Both the position numbers and the translations under genes were made by a program. Source: Octopus sinensis (taxonomy: Eukaryota). Taken from it: a DNA stretch of 64,000 nucleotides. This document shows positions 62,067 through 64,000 of this stretch, in pieces (the stretch's first letter is position 1; every line of letters starts with the position of its first letter). Under the pieces are notes generated by a model, which ran no database searches, had not been told where the DNA came from, and was given only the letters and a program-made list of their open reading frames with translations. Location of the stretch: NCBI RefSeq assembly GCF_006345805.1, contig NC_043002.1, positions 35,340,001 through 35,404,000 of the forward strand. The letters run 5' to 3'.

Positions 62067-63134
62067 AATTTATTGCTTATTTTATTTAGTGATTTTTAGA
62101 TTAATATTTATTATAATATATTAAAATTTTTTCTATATGATTTAATATAGATAATATCTTTCACTATCAATTAAATTACTAAATAGAGGTTATTTCTCTT
62201 AATTATATACATATATATTGTGAAATTGGATTTAGTATTGCTAAATTGAATTTTTCCCTGTAAGTTTGGAATTTTATATTCCCTACTATTATTTATAATT
62301 ATAAATAAATAAATAAATAAGTGTGTGTATCATTTCTAAATCTCTCAGAGAGAGTTATGCAGTAACAGCACGATAAAGTGATGTGTTGTTGCCAACTTAA
62401 TTTGGCAGTCCCAGGAAAGGGAAGAATGCTACTGCTATTTAACCACAAGAAACACCGTTTCTAGTTGGCTACGTGACACAAGCGTTCTGTGTTTTCAAAC
62501 AGGGGAGATAAGCACCTCCACTCAACAAAGCTAGCATTCAGAGACTAGTTTCAAGGTAATTGCTCTTCATTAGTCTGGAGTAGCTTGGCCTTGCTAGATG
62601 TCATACACACACACACACACACACACACACATATTAGGAAATTAGAGGTTATGGCCGGTCAGAGAGTGACCATTGGTGTGAACCTATAAAGCACTTAGCA
62701 ATATAGGCGATTTATCAAACTCAAATGACTTTTAAAAAATACATTACTACTCTAATGCTTTAGAGCAGGGGTTCTCAAACATTTTTATCTATGGACCCCT
62801 TTAATTACTAATTTGTTCTGGTGGACCTCCAGAGCCATTCGATGTTTAAAAAAACTAGTTTTATAGGTACTTGTTTCAAAATTCCTATTTAGTTTTCAAC
62901 ACATTAACATGTATAGGTTGAACTATGTAAAACATTAGGGAAAGGAACCTGGCTGTTTCTTTATACGAAAAAGAGAACAAAATTTTGGAAATTTATGATT
63001 TTCTTTTTCCCTCCCGCCACCCCTCACTACCCCAGTTCGGACCGGTTTTGACCAATTTAAAAAAAATTTCACAATGCACTTTACCCGCGAGAAAAACGTT
63101 TTCGGTGAAGAGAAAAAAATTTGTTAAATGTGTG

Positions 63135-63690
63135 ATTTCAGGGAGATCTGGCTGTTGTCTCTAGCACACCCCAAGACCTCACTCGGTTTTTCTCAATCTC
63201 ACGTCTATTGATGTTTTTCAATATTTTTCTCCCCATAAACATTATATTGGAATGATAATGCCAAAGTAACACACGCGTAATCCATTGCTGGGACAAAGAA
63301 AAAAAATGGTAATTTAAATTTTTACTCGCACCCCAACCGAGTGAGTGTATGTGTGTAAGAAAATTTAATTTCAAACAGATAATTAAGCTATCAAAATAAA
63401 TCATCTTTTGCATACCTTTTATTAAAATCACTCTGTATAAATCCCAGCAATAATGTTTTCAGGCTCTCCAATATCAATATTTTAGAGTTATATAAATAGA
63501 AACAATCGGGACCAGGGAGTAGGGCTAAAAGAATCACACATTTTAAGATTTTCCTTTTTTATATAGCATAAATGTGTTTATGGAGGAAAATAGGGAAAAA
63601 CATCAATACATATTTGAGTGAGGAAAAAAAAAAAGGCGAGTGGTCTTGCGGTGTGCTAGAAACAACAGCCAAATCTCCATTAAATCACAC
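63135..63690. mobile_element. Old MITE-like element with about 110-bp imperfect inverted arms
   Basis: 63135-63245 is approximately the reverse complement of 63575-63685. Confidence 0.55.
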
Positions 63691-64000
63691 TTTTTCCTTG
63701 TTCTCTTCCGAAAAATTTTGCCTAACAAATTTCTGTGTAATCGTGATCTATGCCGTTTGAAAGGTATTCTTATAAAATTTCATTAAAAAATACCTATTTT
63801 CCTGAAAGTTATGAGAGGTAAAAAATGTCGGGTAGTCTGAATTTTCCGAAACTGCTCTCCTCAACCCTTTAGAAAAATTTTTTCCAACAAGTCTTTACAT
63901 AAACTCACTCTTCAGGATCTAAGCGATTATTTGTTGGAGGCAACAAAATAAGCGGAGGTGTGGGTATACATATATATATATATATCAAATAGGATAAGTT

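Overview
AT-rich, microsatellite-dense eukaryotic DNA, very probably from an octopus or other coleoid (inferred from the tRNA-derived SINE families, RTE/CR1/Penelope/mariner content and repeat style). The one well-supported host gene is a 17-exon hnRNP L orthologue (+ strand, ATG 11665 to TAA 29456, 564 aa, four RRMs). Its open reading frame can only be built with two minor-spliceosome (U12) introns: an AT-AC intron (15569-16527) and a rare AT-AA intron (27315-27581). Intron 8 carries a CA-rich block followed by a candidate 73-nt frameshifting poison exon, resembling the vertebrate hnRNP L exon-6A autoregulatory circuit. Exon 9 begins with a regenerated 5' splice site, suggesting recursive splicing. 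A probable divergent gene (minus strand, candidate exons 9544-8110) shares the upstream promoter region. From about 31 kb onward the window is a transposon graveyard: RTE, CR1 and CRE LINEs, Penelope-like elements, mariner/Tc1, Merlin and SINEs. More than ten minimal type-I hammerhead ribozyme motifs from several unrelated repeat families are embedded in it; several have intact cores, and four lie within 61.4-62.6 kb. All calls were made by eye without alignment or folding tools. Comparisons to vertebrate genes and the literature are from memory and need checking.
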